Positions 8,879-18,630 of a stretch of 64,000 bases of DNA are shown here, in pieces (position 1 is the first letter of the stretch; the number at the start of each line of letters is the position of its first letter). The stretch is from positions 1-64,000 of the IMG/VR virus record IMGVR_UViG_3300032259_000002. The stretch is one strand, 5' to 3'. The position numbers and the translations under genes are program-made. The DNA comes from a virus. Taxonomy: Duplodnaviria > Caudoviricetes. The notes below the pieces were generated by a model that worked only from the letters and a program-made list of their open reading frames with translations, searched no databases and was not told where the DNA came from.

Positions 8879-9973
8879 TTATTTTATTGTAAATTCCATA
8901 GTCTCTATAGTTTCTGATAAAGAAAGGGTTACTTTCTCAACCACAACCAAACTATCTTCTATAATTACAAAATTCTCTGGTCTGATTTCAGCAACTGGCG
9001 ACACTCTATATCTAATTTTACCATTCTGTATGACTTTATAAAAAATACTATCAATTATAACAGTATTGGTGTAACCAAAAGTGGTCTGTATTCTACCTGT
9101 TAGTCGAATAGTAGCATTTTTTGGGCCTGAAAATATTTCAATATTTTCCAATAAAGCAATAAACATAAATTTCAGTTCTGAGGAACCATCATCTTTATGA
9201 TATTGCTGAAATATGTTAATATAGCCAGTAATAGTATCATTTAATAACTGCTCTGTAGCTATAGTAAAAGGAACTGAGACATCTATAGTAACCGATCCTT
9301 GTTCTAGTCTGGCGGTCATGTTTTTCATAGGTATAAAAACATTCCTGGTTCCGGTAGAAGTAAAACTTGTTAATCTAAAGAGATAGGTTGTTTTAATATT
9401 TCTGGGAACCTCTATTGGTGGTGCTACGAAATCAGGATCAACATATTTTAATTCAAGTATTACTATTCTGCTATTACCTCTATCATCGACATAAAAGAAA
9501 CTACCATCTATGGCGCAACCAGTCGGTGTCTCAAACTGACCATCACCGCTTCCTTGCTGGCCTATTGACATAACAAATATTCCGGTAGAAGTGAATACCT
9601 GAACTCTATGATTATTAGTATCCACTACATATAGCCAGCCATTTTTAATAGCAATGCCTCTAGGTTGATCGAATAACCCTTCTAAAGATCCTTGTGATCC
9701 AAAAGAGTACCGGAAATTACCATCTAAATCAAAAACCTGAACTCTATGATTCCCGGTGTCTGTAACATAAACAAAGGTACCATCAGAAGTAACTCCCCAA
9801 GGATTGTTGAACAGTCCATCAGCATCACCAAATCCACCAAATTCCAAAAGGGCGGTGCCCTCGGTATCGAATTTCTGAACTCTATGATTCCCGGTGTCTG
9901 TAACAAACAAAAAAATATCCAGAGTAGCTATTCCCGTAAAACCTATACTTGATTTTTCTGAAGTCAAAGCCAT
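8879..9973 (-). CDS. NHL-repeat tail protein
   Basis: Repeated VTDTGNHRVQxF and FNxPxG NHL motifs, then a tail-like C-terminal domain. Confidence 0.75.
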   Translation of the reverse strand: MALTSEKSSIGFTGIATLDIFLFVTDTGNHRVQKFDTEGTALLEFGGFGDADGLFNNPWGVTSDGTFVYVTDTGNHRVQVFDLDGNFRYSFGSQGSLEGLFDQPRGIAIKNGWLYVVDTNNHRVQVFTSTGIFVMSIGQQGSGDGQFETPTGCAIDGSFFYVDDRGNSRIVILELKYVDPDFVAPPIEVPRNIKTTYLFRLTSFTSTGTRNVFIPMKNMTARLEQGSVTIDVSVPFTIATEQLLNDTITGYINIFQQYHKDDGSSELKFMFIALLENIEIFSGPKNATIRLTGRIQTTFGYTNTVIIDSIFYKVIQNGKIRYRVSPVAEIRPENFVIIEDSLVVVEKVTLSLSETIETMEFTIK

Positions 9974-10765
9974 TTAAGCACCCAGTACCCCTTTCAAGTT
10001 TATCCTTTGAGATGGGATTACAAAATCAGTGGGAAAAGATTCCGTCTTATCTCCCCCGAAATCAACATAACTTATAATAGGTTTATCCGCTAAACTGGCC
10101 TCATTATCATCTAAAATGATCAATCCAGAAGCAGGCCCTATAGTCCCACTGGGTGTCCATGAGATCTGTGGTATTATAATTTCATATAAATTATTTATAA
10201 TATCTTTTTGTAAAGTAAGAGCTCCTATTACTTTAGTATTGGCAGTATAGCCGCCACCTGTTTCCAATTCTTCTCCGGTGGTATTAGCAATAGGGAGGGC
10301 TCCAAGTGGAGTCAAACTCCCATCATCTGTCCAAGTCGTCACTTCTCCAACTTCTATTAATAATTCTTCTGCTATAAAGGATCTTCCATAAATTTTATAA
10401 CCTGTTGCTCCATCAACTGCACCCCAAGTAATCTGAACTCCTTTAGTAGCCACTATGGTAACGTTATCTTCTACAGAAGCAAGAGTCTCTCCTTTTGAAT
10501 TTACAGCAGATACTCTATAATAATAGGTACCCGCTGCTAAAGTACCGGTTGTTTCCACTAATCCACTAATTACAGGGGTCTCTAAACTGATTATACCTGA
10601 ATTAGCAAAAGTATGGTTTACCTCATCAAAAACAAAACCAGATTGCATTAAAAGAGCTTTGAAAGAATGGGGAGTTCCCTGACCAAGCCCCTCATCTCCA
10701 AAATTGACTTTGGCTCTTGCTATCTGTACAAAAGCCTCAATTGGGAATTTAACAAGTACTGCCAT
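9974..10765 (-). CDS. Tail structural protein with an inserted Fn3-like domain
   Basis: YYYRVSAVNSKGET...QITWGAVDGATGYKIYGR. Confidence 0.6.
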   Translation of the reverse strand: MAVLVKFPIEAFVQIARAKVNFGDEGLGQGTPHSFKALLMQSGFVFDEVNHTFANSGIISLETPVISGLVETTGTLAAGTYYYRVSAVNSKGETLASVEDNVTIVATKGVQITWGAVDGATGYKIYGRSFIAEELLIEVGEVTTWTDDGSLTPLGALPIANTTGEELETGGGYTANTKVIGALTLQKDIINNLYEIIIPQISWTPSGTIGPASGLIILDDNEASLADKPIISYVDFGGDKTESFPTDFVIPSQRINLKGVLGA

Positions 10766-10766
10766 T

Positions 10767-13700
10767 TTAAACCTCCATTCCTTCCAGTGTCTTTTTACCT
10801 TTACCTACGATTACTAAATCTTCAAGACCATTAAACTGACCCCTTCCATTCCCAAAACCACCAAAAAACTTAACTAACTTTGGAGAACCTGTAGATTTAA
10901 AAGCAAACATATTCACTCTTGAATTATTATGATCAACAGAATAAAAATCTATTTTTAGACTTTCAATAGTCTGAGAATGAGATGTGGCCCCATTCTCATT
11001 AGTAACAGTTAAAACTACTTTAAAAGAACCGCTCTCGGAATAAACATGAGTAGGGTTTTCTTCGGTTGAAAAAGTACCATCACCAAAGTCCCAGAAGAAA
11101 CTATTTATCAATTTTTCTTTTATGGTTAAACCAGTATCTGTAATTCCAGAATAAACATTAGAAAGTTCTAATTCTGTATCACTGATGATAGCATCTACCG
11201 TATAAAAGACCCCTTCTATGTCTAAAGTCTGTCCTATTTCTAATTCTGAAGTAAATAAAGTTCCTGTTCCCAAAATAGTAGCATCTCCATTAACGGTATC
11301 AACAGTTCCAGTAAGTTCTTTGAAAATATCCGAAGTAAGATTAGTAAAAGTAATCTTATTAGTTAAAGGAGCTGATTTAGAATTTACAAAAGCTATAATA
11401 CCGGATTGAGTTATTCCGGAATATACTTTTGAAAGAATCAATTCTGTATCAGAAAGAATACCTATTACCGAATAAGTGGTTCCTTCTATGGTTATTTTAT
11501 CATTTTTTAATAATTCAGTAGTAAAAGAAGTTCCAGTACCAATCACTTTTAAAGATCCCTGGGTAACGGCAAGAGTACCGGTAAGAACTCTAATTCCTAT
11601 AAAACCTATATAGGCCGTAATACCTTGTGTCAAAACACCAACATCAGTCTCAGCAGGTAGGCTGGATGAAGTAGTTCCGTCATAAACATAAGTAAGTTTA
11701 AGACTGGTATCACTTATTATTTCCTCTATAACATAAGAAATATTATCTATTAAAAGAGTCTGGCCAATAACAAGTTCTGAAGTAAATAAAGTTCCTGTTC
11801 CGACTATGGAATTGCTGCCGTTAACTACATCTATAATCCCTGTCAGGGATACTCTAGTAGTTGACCCTCCTATATACTTCTGAGTTAAAGTAAGCTCTTC
11901 ATCATTTATAATTTGATCTATGGTATAGGTAACCCCTTCCATGGTTATAAAACCACCTTCCGTAAGTTCTGTTGAGAATCTGGTATTTGATCCCAGAATA
12001 GTTGTACTCCCATTAGTTACGCCAACCGTTCCTGAAAGTTTAGAAGCTCCTTTTCCCATAGTGGGAGCAAAACCACCACTTGGTAATGTGGGAGAAGTCG
12101 GGGAAGCCTTGACCTGGATTGCCTTTGTTATAGAATAAACTGTGGCATCTTTTACTACCTCTAGGGTTATTTCAAAAATACCTGAATCAGATAAAAAGAT
12201 TTCTGGGTTAGCAAGAGAGGATGTTGTACCAGCTTGTTTTTGTTTATAAGTTAAGCCACTTTGGGTATTCCCGGAAAAATAAGAAATAAGTACCAATTCG
12301 GTATCACTAATAATATTTGCTATTTTATACAGAAGACCATCAATTTCTATTTTATCCCCTTCTGCCAATTCTGAAGTAAATAAAGTACCACTCCCAATAA
12401 CAACTTGACTTCCCTGAATAACTGAGAGAGTTCCTGTTCTAATCACTAAAGGACCATCACCAAAGTCCCATAAATATTCTGTAACTTCTCCTAAAGTTCC
12501 ATCAATAAAATTAACTATGAATGGCGAAGTTCCGGAATTAGAATAAGAGGAATCACCCTTGAAATGATTTAAACCAGAATTGGTAGCCCCAGTATATGCA
12601 AAAGAAAGAGTCAGTTCATTATTATTTACTATATCATCTATTAAATAATCTACTCCCTCTATAATGATAGTATTCCCTATAGAGTAATCTAATAGAAAAG
12701 AAGTACCTGATCCTAAAACTGTAGCATTTGAATTAGTTACCGCGATAGTACCTGCTTTTTTAGTAGATTTTTTAAAGAAGTCAAGACCGGTATCTGTAAT
12801 TCCAGAATAAACCTGAGTCAAAGTTAATACCGTATCATTTGTAATTAAATCTATGGTATAAACTACCCCATCAATAACTATTTGTTCCCCGGCTACAAGT
12901 TCAGTGAGAAAAGAGGTACCGATTCCATTTACAACAGCAACCCCGTTTACTACATTCAAAGTCCCAGTTAATTGAGTCAGAGAAAGGAGGGATATTTCAA
13001 AGTCCCCATTCAAATAATTTATATCAATAGCATCTTTACCTGCTATTGATAGGGTTCTAGAAGCAGAATCATTAACATGAGCTCCATCAAATCTGGATAA
13101 TTTATGAAAAACAGATAAACCAGAGGCATCAGTAGCGGAATAGGCGTTCATTAGGGTTATCTCGGTATCACTCACTATATTGCTTATAACATAAGAAATT
13201 CCATCTATCTCAATAGACTCTCCCCTGGATAACTCAGTAAGGAAAGAAGTCCCTGACCCTGTTATTGTTTTACTATTCTGGATAACAGAAATAGTCCCAG
13301 TAAGTTTATTTGTTCTCTTTAAAATAGTTACATCAGAAGAAGAGACCCTATCATAAACATCAACAAGAACCAAAGTGTCATTATCAGTTATAGATTGTAT
13401 TTCGTAAGAAATACCGTTTAAAATAATAGATTCCCCGGCTACAAGTTCAGTGAGAAAAGAGGTACCGATTCCTTCTATTGTGTTACTGCCTGTAGTAGCA
13501 GATACCGTTCCGGACAAAGGTGGTACTGAAAAAACCGTTAATTTTGCTTCATAAGTTCCTCCATCGGAATAAACATGAGTAGGGTTTTCTTCGGTTGAAA
13601 AAGTACCATCACCAAAGTCCCAGAAGAAAGAATGGATCTCCTTTTTCTCTATTCTGATATTATCATCAGAAGTTCCAGCATAAACCTGGGTCAAAGTTAA

Positions 13701-14714
13701 ATGGGTATCATCCGTTATAGTATCTACTATGTATTCCACATCGGCTATTAAAAGAGTCTGGCCAATAACAAGTTCTGAAGTAAATAAAGTTCCTGTTCCG
13801 ACTATGGAATTGCTGCCGTTAACTACCTCAATAGTTCCATTAATAAATTGAAAATTTGGAGGGGTAGTATTAGTAAAAGAAATAGTTATAGGTTTCCAAG
13901 CAGTAATCCTATCAGCACTAGCATCGGCATAAACCGTGGTCAAAATAAGCTCAGTATCATTAGTAACAGATAATACCTCATACACCACATCATTAAGTAC
14001 TATTTTATCCCCTGCTACTAAGTCTTCCGTAAATTTGGTACCAAAACCGCTAACAGCAGCACTTCCTTGAGTTATCGTTAAAAGCCCTTCTACTTTTTCA
14101 ATAACTTCCCTATCCTTATCAGTAGTAAAATTAGTATTAGGGGGACTAAAAGTAATGCAAGTAGCTTCCAAATTAGAAGGATCTGCTGGAACGGTTAAGG
14201 CTGTACCAGCGTTCCAGTTATCAACTAGGGCAGAGAATGCCAGAGGATTGCCTAAACCTACTTTATTTCCTGATATTAAATCAGTATCTACCACTGAAGT
14301 AAGAAAAATCTTACTAGGCCCAGAATATAAACTTAAGGTAGAGCCAATTATCTCTAAGGTTGGTTGGGTCACCCCACCAAAAGCTTGGATAGTGGTATCT
14401 ACCCCAGCAACTCTTTTTCTAATTCCAACAGCAGACTGAAAATAATAAAAGTTATTTATATCGATGTACCTAACGATAAGCATACCATTATCAAAAAAAT
14501 TCGATATCTGAGCCCAGCTATCAGGAGTCCCCACATCAAGGGTGTAAACAGTTTCGGCATCAGAATGCCCTAAACTTCCCACCAATCGGCAGTTATTGGA
14601 GAGAATATTTGACACACCTAATGACTTTGCCCAGGAAGGGCCTAAATCAGGGGTATGGTTTTCTAAAAGAACTCCATCAGTATCTGTAAAAGTATCTGTT
14701 GATGTTGTTGCCAT
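10767..14714 (-). CDS. Large tail fibre/adhesin: PKD domains plus 11 copies of a ~60-aa beta repeat
   Basis: WDFGDG PKD motifs; 11 repeats of GTxxVxxGSxxVxGxGTxFxxELxxGxxIxIxGxxYxI. Confidence 0.7.
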   Translation of the reverse strand: MATTSTDTFTDTDGVLLENHTPDLGPSWAKSLGVSNILSNNCRLVGSLGHSDAETVYTLDVGTPDSWAQISNFFDNGMLIVRYIDINNFYYFQSAVGIRKRVAGVDTTIQAFGGVTQPTLEIIGSTLSLYSGPSKIFLTSVVDTDLISGNKVGLGNPLAFSALVDNWNAGTALTVPADPSNLEATCITFSPPNTNFTTDKDREVIEKVEGLLTITQGSAAVSGFGTKFTEDLVAGDKIVLNDVVYEVLSVTNDTELILTTVYADASADRITAWKPITISFTNTTPPNFQFINGTIEVVNGSNSIVGTGTLFTSELVIGQTLLIADVEYIVDTITDDTHLTLTQVYAGTSDDNIRIEKKEIHSFFWDFGDGTFSTEENPTHVYSDGGTYEAKLTVFSVPPLSGTVSATTGSNTIEGIGTSFLTELVAGESIILNGISYEIQSITDNDTLVLVDVYDRVSSSDVTILKRTNKLTGTISVIQNSKTITGSGTSFLTELSRGESIEIDGISYVISNIVSDTEITLMNAYSATDASGLSVFHKLSRFDGAHVNDSASRTLSIAGKDAIDINYLNGDFEISLLSLTQLTGTLNVVNGVAVVNGIGTSFLTELVAGEQIVIDGVVYTIDLITNDTVLTLTQVYSGITDTGLDFFKKSTKKAGTIAVTNSNATVLGSGTSFLLDYSIGNTIIIEGVDYLIDDIVNNNELTLSFAYTGATNSGLNHFKGDSSYSNSGTSPFIVNFIDGTLGEVTEYLWDFGDGPLVIRTGTLSVIQGSQVVIGSGTLFTSELAEGDKIEIDGLLYKIANIISDTELVLISYFSGNTQSGLTYKQKQAGTTSSLANPEIFLSDSGIFEITLEVVKDATVYSITKAIQVKASPTSPTLPSGGFAPTMGKGASKLSGTVGVTNGSTTILGSNTRFSTELTEGGFITMEGVTYTIDQIINDEELTLTQKYIGGSTTRVSLTGIIDVVNGSNSIVGTGTLFTSELVIGQTLLIDNISYVIEEIISDTSLKLTYVYDGTTSSSLPAETDVGVLTQGITAYIGFIGIRVLTGTLAVTQGSLKVIGTGTSFTTELLKNDKITIEGTTYSVIGILSDTELILSKVYSGITQSGIIAFVNSKSAPLTNKITFTNLTSDIFKELTGTVDTVNGDATILGTGTLFTSELEIGQTLDIEGVFYTVDAIISDTELELSNVYSGITDTGLTIKEKLINSFFWDFGDGTFSTEENPTHVYSESGSFKVVLTVTNENGATSHSQTIESLKIDFYSVDHNNSRVNMFAFKSTGSPKLVKFFGGFGNGRGQFNGLEDLVIVGKGKKTLEGMEV
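11035..11100. repeat. 66-bp exact repeat (also 13564-13629; 58 bp at 15035-15092)
   Basis: Identical DNA encoding the PKD core (F)WDFGDGTFSTEENPTHVYS. Confidence 0.9.
11747..11828. repeat. 82-bp exact repeat (also 13745-13826)
   Basis: Identical DNA encoding VVNGSNSIVGTGTLFTSELVIGQTLLI. Confidence 0.9.
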
Positions 14715-14717
14715 TTT

Positions 14718-15614
14718 TTATACTCCACAAGTAACATTAGCAATATTTGAATAGCCTGAATCACCAGCCCCATTATAGGCCTTTATTCTAAAGAAATTGA
14801 CCACGGTACTGTCTACACCATCTTTTAATAAAGTTACCCCATAGCTTGTAATATTTGTACCTAAGTCAGCAATCTGAGTCCATCCATCTACCCCATTAAG
14901 GGAATGTTCGATTTTGAAACCAGTTTCATTATCAGAATTATCAAGCCACTCTAATAAAATCTCCACATCTATTTCCACTACCTTTTGAATTTCAAGAGAT
15001 CCGGATCTTAAAATAACCGTGTAATTACCAGAAGCGGAATAAACATGAGTAGGGTTTTCTTCGGTTGAAAAAGTACCATCACCAAAGTCCCATTGCCAAT
15101 TAGTGGTGTTTGATAAATTATTAAAGTAAACAGTAAAACCACCAATAGCGAAATTAAAATTTACTTCTGGAGTAGGAGCTACGGTAGTAACATAGCTTAC
15201 GAAAGTAGAAGAGCCTCCTGAGTTGATAACTTTTAAAATAACCACATAAGTGCCTTCCGCGCTATATTTATGCAAAGGATTTTTAGCAGTTGAAAAAGTA
15301 CCATCACCAAAGTCCCAAACTATAACATCTATGCTTCCAATACTTTCATTAATAAATTGAACATTAAAACCCTCATAACTTACAAAATCAAAGCGGGCGG
15401 TTGGTGGTGCGACTGATGCTATTATAGGATCAAAAGGAAAACTACCATTACCATCACCTTCTGGTAAAGGTATGCTCAAAGAAGATTTATCACTTGACCG
15501 ACTAACTAAATCATATCTAACAACACTTTTTATAATAGCCTTACCATCAGCATCAATAGCTATCGGAGTGTCATCCTCATTATATCCACCACCAAAAGTA
15601 ATGTCACCTGCCAT
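14718..15614 (-). CDS. PKD + Fn3-like tail protein
   Basis: Two WDFGDG PKD domains; C-terminal WLDNSDNETGFKIE...FRIKAYNGAGDSGYSN. Confidence 0.75.
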   Translation of the reverse strand: MAGDITFGGGYNEDDTPIAIDADGKAIIKSVVRYDLVSRSSDKSSLSIPLPEGDGNGSFPFDPIIASVAPPTARFDFVSYEGFNVQFINESIGSIDVIVWDFGDGTFSTAKNPLHKYSAEGTYVVILKVINSGGSSTFVSYVTTVAPTPEVNFNFAIGGFTVYFNNLSNTTNWQWDFGDGTFSTEENPTHVYSASGNYTVILRSGSLEIQKVVEIDVEILLEWLDNSDNETGFKIEHSLNGVDGWTQIADLGTNITSYGVTLLKDGVDSTVVNFFRIKAYNGAGDSGYSNIANVTCGV

Positions 15615-15617
15615 TTG

Positions 15618-18272
15618 CTAACCTCTCGGGTCTAACATACAGACCCCATTTATTCTGTTATCAGAAGGAGGAATTATATCCTCAACTATAGAACCACTAC
15701 TATCAAAAACAAACCATTTTCTTCCCTTAACTTCTTGGTATTCCAGATCTATAAAAGGTGGGAAATTCAAAGAAGTATCATCAAATTCCGGATGAAGGAC
15801 ATTGCTGGTAACAAGAAGGTCATGCCTAAAATTTGATGGATATAAGTCAAAACCAACAAAGGCATTTCCTCCTGATTCTGATATAAATATTCTTGTTAAC
15901 TGAGCATTGTCTTCACCAGTCGCATTTCCATTCTTATCAAAACCTATGTCTACCCAAGGACCCAAAGCATATAAATCTAAAGTAGGAATAGGCGTTCCTA
16001 CATATTCCTCAGAAAGAACACTCAACCTATGTTCTCTGACGGTACTCTTATATGGTAGATCAGTTATTTTACCATTCACGCTTATTGCATATTGTATTTC
16101 CGAAGTTATTATTGTTCTTCTTATCTGAGCATGAAAATAAGCAGCCCCAAGCACTCTTAGTATTTTATATGGAAGCAATTCCGTTTCATACTCTTTATAA
16201 ATAATCCTTCTAAAAACTACAATATCGAATCTCCCATGATGGACCTGTAAAGGTCTATAATCAGTTTGCCTAATCATGATAGGCCCATTATGTTCTGCTG
16301 GAATAGCTCCATCACCAAAAAGAAAAATCACATCTTGAAAGCCAGATTCCTCTACTAAAATATCAGCAACATAAAGACCTGCATTATGGATAGTGAACTC
16401 GGTATCCTTTTGCTTCCTGACGTAGGTTAATTTTCTATCTTCCGTTATACCATAAGGTAGTTTTATATCATTATTTATATATTGAAAACCAGTTACCGTA
16501 GTAAATCCGTTTCCATCAATTACTTTACCGTAAATGGTATTGGCATCTATCATGTAAACGGTATGTGTTGATTCGTCCCAAGATCTATAAAAAGTACCAG
16601 TATCTGATACAAAGCCGTAGCCTGCTTCATTGGCATCTCTAAAATTATATTTCTGCTCAGTTAAAGGTTCTGCCAATTGGGCAACTGTAGTGAAAGCCTC
16701 TGCTCTTATTAAAAACTCAATCCCCCTATAATCCGAAGTACCTCTAACTGCGCATACAATAGCAGATTCTTCCGGCTCTGAAGATGCCAAATCGATGTAT
16801 TCTCGGGTAGAGTCAAATCTTTTAACATAACCCCTTCTAATTACTGGGAAAGCATCGCCAAAAGAACTCGTCCTCCATGTTTTTGCTAAAAGAATACCAC
16901 TGACTGCTTCAATCAATCTATTTAGAGTTAATATGCCAAAATCATTATAAGAATCCCCTTTTGTGGTATACCTACAAACTGAGGCCTTTGGTTTTATTTT
17001 AAAAGGAGTCCTGGTTAGGGAATCATCCAATCCTAAAAAATTATAAATAAATAAACCAATATCTACTTCAAAAGCTACAAATAATTCATCCTCTAAGGTC
17101 TGGTTAGTTAGAAATCTTACTACCGTACCATCTTGTTTTTTAGCATCAATTCCGGTATCTGTTTCAGGAACCCTCAAACCAGAACCTTCTAATGGTACTG
17201 TCCTATAAGAGTAATCATCTGGATCTTCATGTGTAATTCCTCCCCAGATAATACTATACTTCCCGTCATCAGTCAAATCCCAATTATCCAAAGAAGTTCT
17301 TTCTGATAACTGACCCCTTCTTAATAAGAAATATTTTCTATTATAAGTTATAGTGTCGTCTCCAGAAAAAATAATAAATACTAAACCGCAAGGACGGGGA
17401 TGGCTCTCAAAACCAACCACTCTTTTTGGTTTAAATATACCCCTGGACTCATCCCCAGTAACTTCTTCCTCATGTTCCACTACCACCCTATCACCCAATT
17501 TAAAAGCTTCACCATTGCATTCAAGATATTGAATTGGCAGGGAATAGGCCTTACTTTGTTGATTAACATCCAAATCCTGCTCAGTACTTATGGCCTCATC
17601 AAAACGCACATCACAGATATTCGAATCATCATCTAAAAAACTAACTATAGTTCCTATTCTATATTTAGAAAACCATTTCTGATGTCCTGGCTTCATCATA
17701 GTATTATAAAGCCATCCATAAGGTGACATAGCATCCGGGGAAGTCATTATACCATCAGTTAAGCCTACATAGGCTGCTTCATTAGCATCAATCCCAGCCG
17801 GACGTATAATAATGGCATGCTGTCTCTCATTCACCACTTCTACGGTACCCACTTCTCCCGAAAGACCTTCGTTAAAATCAGCACACCATGCCTCTATATT
17901 AATAGGATCTTTTCTATATTTTTCTAAAAAATCAACAGTCTTTACAAAGTTTAAACGCGTTAATTTTAATAAAGACAAATTACTGTTTTCTTTGTTAAAA
18001 AAAGAAAGAGCCTGATTATGAGCTTCGCCTTTTTCTCTGATCTCCTCTCTATCACCAGAAGCAATAGCAAAATTCAAAGCATCCACTGAATCTGAAACAT
18101 TTTGAGCAGCAGCAGCTACAATAGCTTCCTGGGCGGGAATCTCTACCGTATCAAGATTATTAATAGATAATCCTAATTCTAGTATTCTTTGATTTACAAG
18201 ATCCGTGTTGAATATATATTGGATTTTGTAATTACCAGAACCTAGAGATTCTAATATCAATGCCTTGCCCAT
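15618..18272 (-). CDS. Central tail/baseplate hub-like protein
   Basis: 884 aa, two genes after the tape measure; coiled coil followed by an OB-like GDRVVVE segment. Confidence 0.55.
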   Translation of the reverse strand: MGKALILESLGSGNYKIQYIFNTDLVNQRILELGLSINNLDTVEIPAQEAIVAAAAQNVSDSVDALNFAIASGDREEIREKGEAHNQALSFFNKENSNLSLLKLTRLNFVKTVDFLEKYRKDPINIEAWCADFNEGLSGEVGTVEVVNERQHAIIIRPAGIDANEAAYVGLTDGIMTSPDAMSPYGWLYNTMMKPGHQKWFSKYRIGTIVSFLDDDSNICDVRFDEAISTEQDLDVNQQSKAYSLPIQYLECNGEAFKLGDRVVVEHEEEVTGDESRGIFKPKRVVGFESHPRPCGLVFIIFSGDDTITYNRKYFLLRRGQLSERTSLDNWDLTDDGKYSIIWGGITHEDPDDYSYRTVPLEGSGLRVPETDTGIDAKKQDGTVVRFLTNQTLEDELFVAFEVDIGLFIYNFLGLDDSLTRTPFKIKPKASVCRYTTKGDSYNDFGILTLNRLIEAVSGILLAKTWRTSSFGDAFPVIRRGYVKRFDSTREYIDLASSEPEESAIVCAVRGTSDYRGIEFLIRAEAFTTVAQLAEPLTEQKYNFRDANEAGYGFVSDTGTFYRSWDESTHTVYMIDANTIYGKVIDGNGFTTVTGFQYINNDIKLPYGITEDRKLTYVRKQKDTEFTIHNAGLYVADILVEESGFQDVIFLFGDGAIPAEHNGPIMIRQTDYRPLQVHHGRFDIVVFRRIIYKEYETELLPYKILRVLGAAYFHAQIRRTIITSEIQYAISVNGKITDLPYKSTVREHRLSVLSEEYVGTPIPTLDLYALGPWVDIGFDKNGNATGEDNAQLTRIFISESGGNAFVGFDLYPSNFRHDLLVTSNVLHPEFDDTSLNFPPFIDLEYQEVKGRKWFVFDSSGSIVEDIIPPSDNRINGVCMLDPRG

Positions 18273-18622
18273 TAGATTACTTTCTCCTCAATAGATATAA
18301 GAAAAGAAGTGCGGTTAAAAGATTCGTTCAATGAAGTTAAAAATCCTTTGAAAACCCCTTCTCTGGTAGATATTATAAAAGAAGTGTGATTCTCCATTAA
18401 ATACTTTATCTGGTCTATTAAAAGAATGTCCGGATTGTTGATTTGTATTTCAAACTCCCTATCACCATGACTCAAACCGGTATCATAGGTAGAAACACCT
18501 CCATCCAGTGTAGCAGTTTTTGTTGTTCTCCTTGACATGGTTCCCAGTTTTATCCTGGCATTCTTATTTCTTATGATGAATGAACCAGACAAATCAAAAC
18601 TTGAAGTAGCTATGGCAATCAT
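18272..18622 (-). CDS. Distal-tail-like protein
   Basis: Position directly after the TMP; RRTTKTATLDGG motif. Confidence 0.5.
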   Translation of the reverse strand: MIAIATSSFDLSGSFIIRNKNARIKLGTMSRRTTKTATLDGGVSTYDTGLSHGDREFEIQINNPDILLIDQIKYLMENHTSFIISTREGVFKGFLTSLNESFNRTSFLISIEEKVI

Positions 18623-18630
18623 CTCGGCTC

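Noticed and set aside
11035-15092. Diversity-generating retroelement TR/VR pair in the fibre genes
   Set aside because: The repeats are identical, with no adenine-specific mismatches, and there is no reverse transcriptase in the window.
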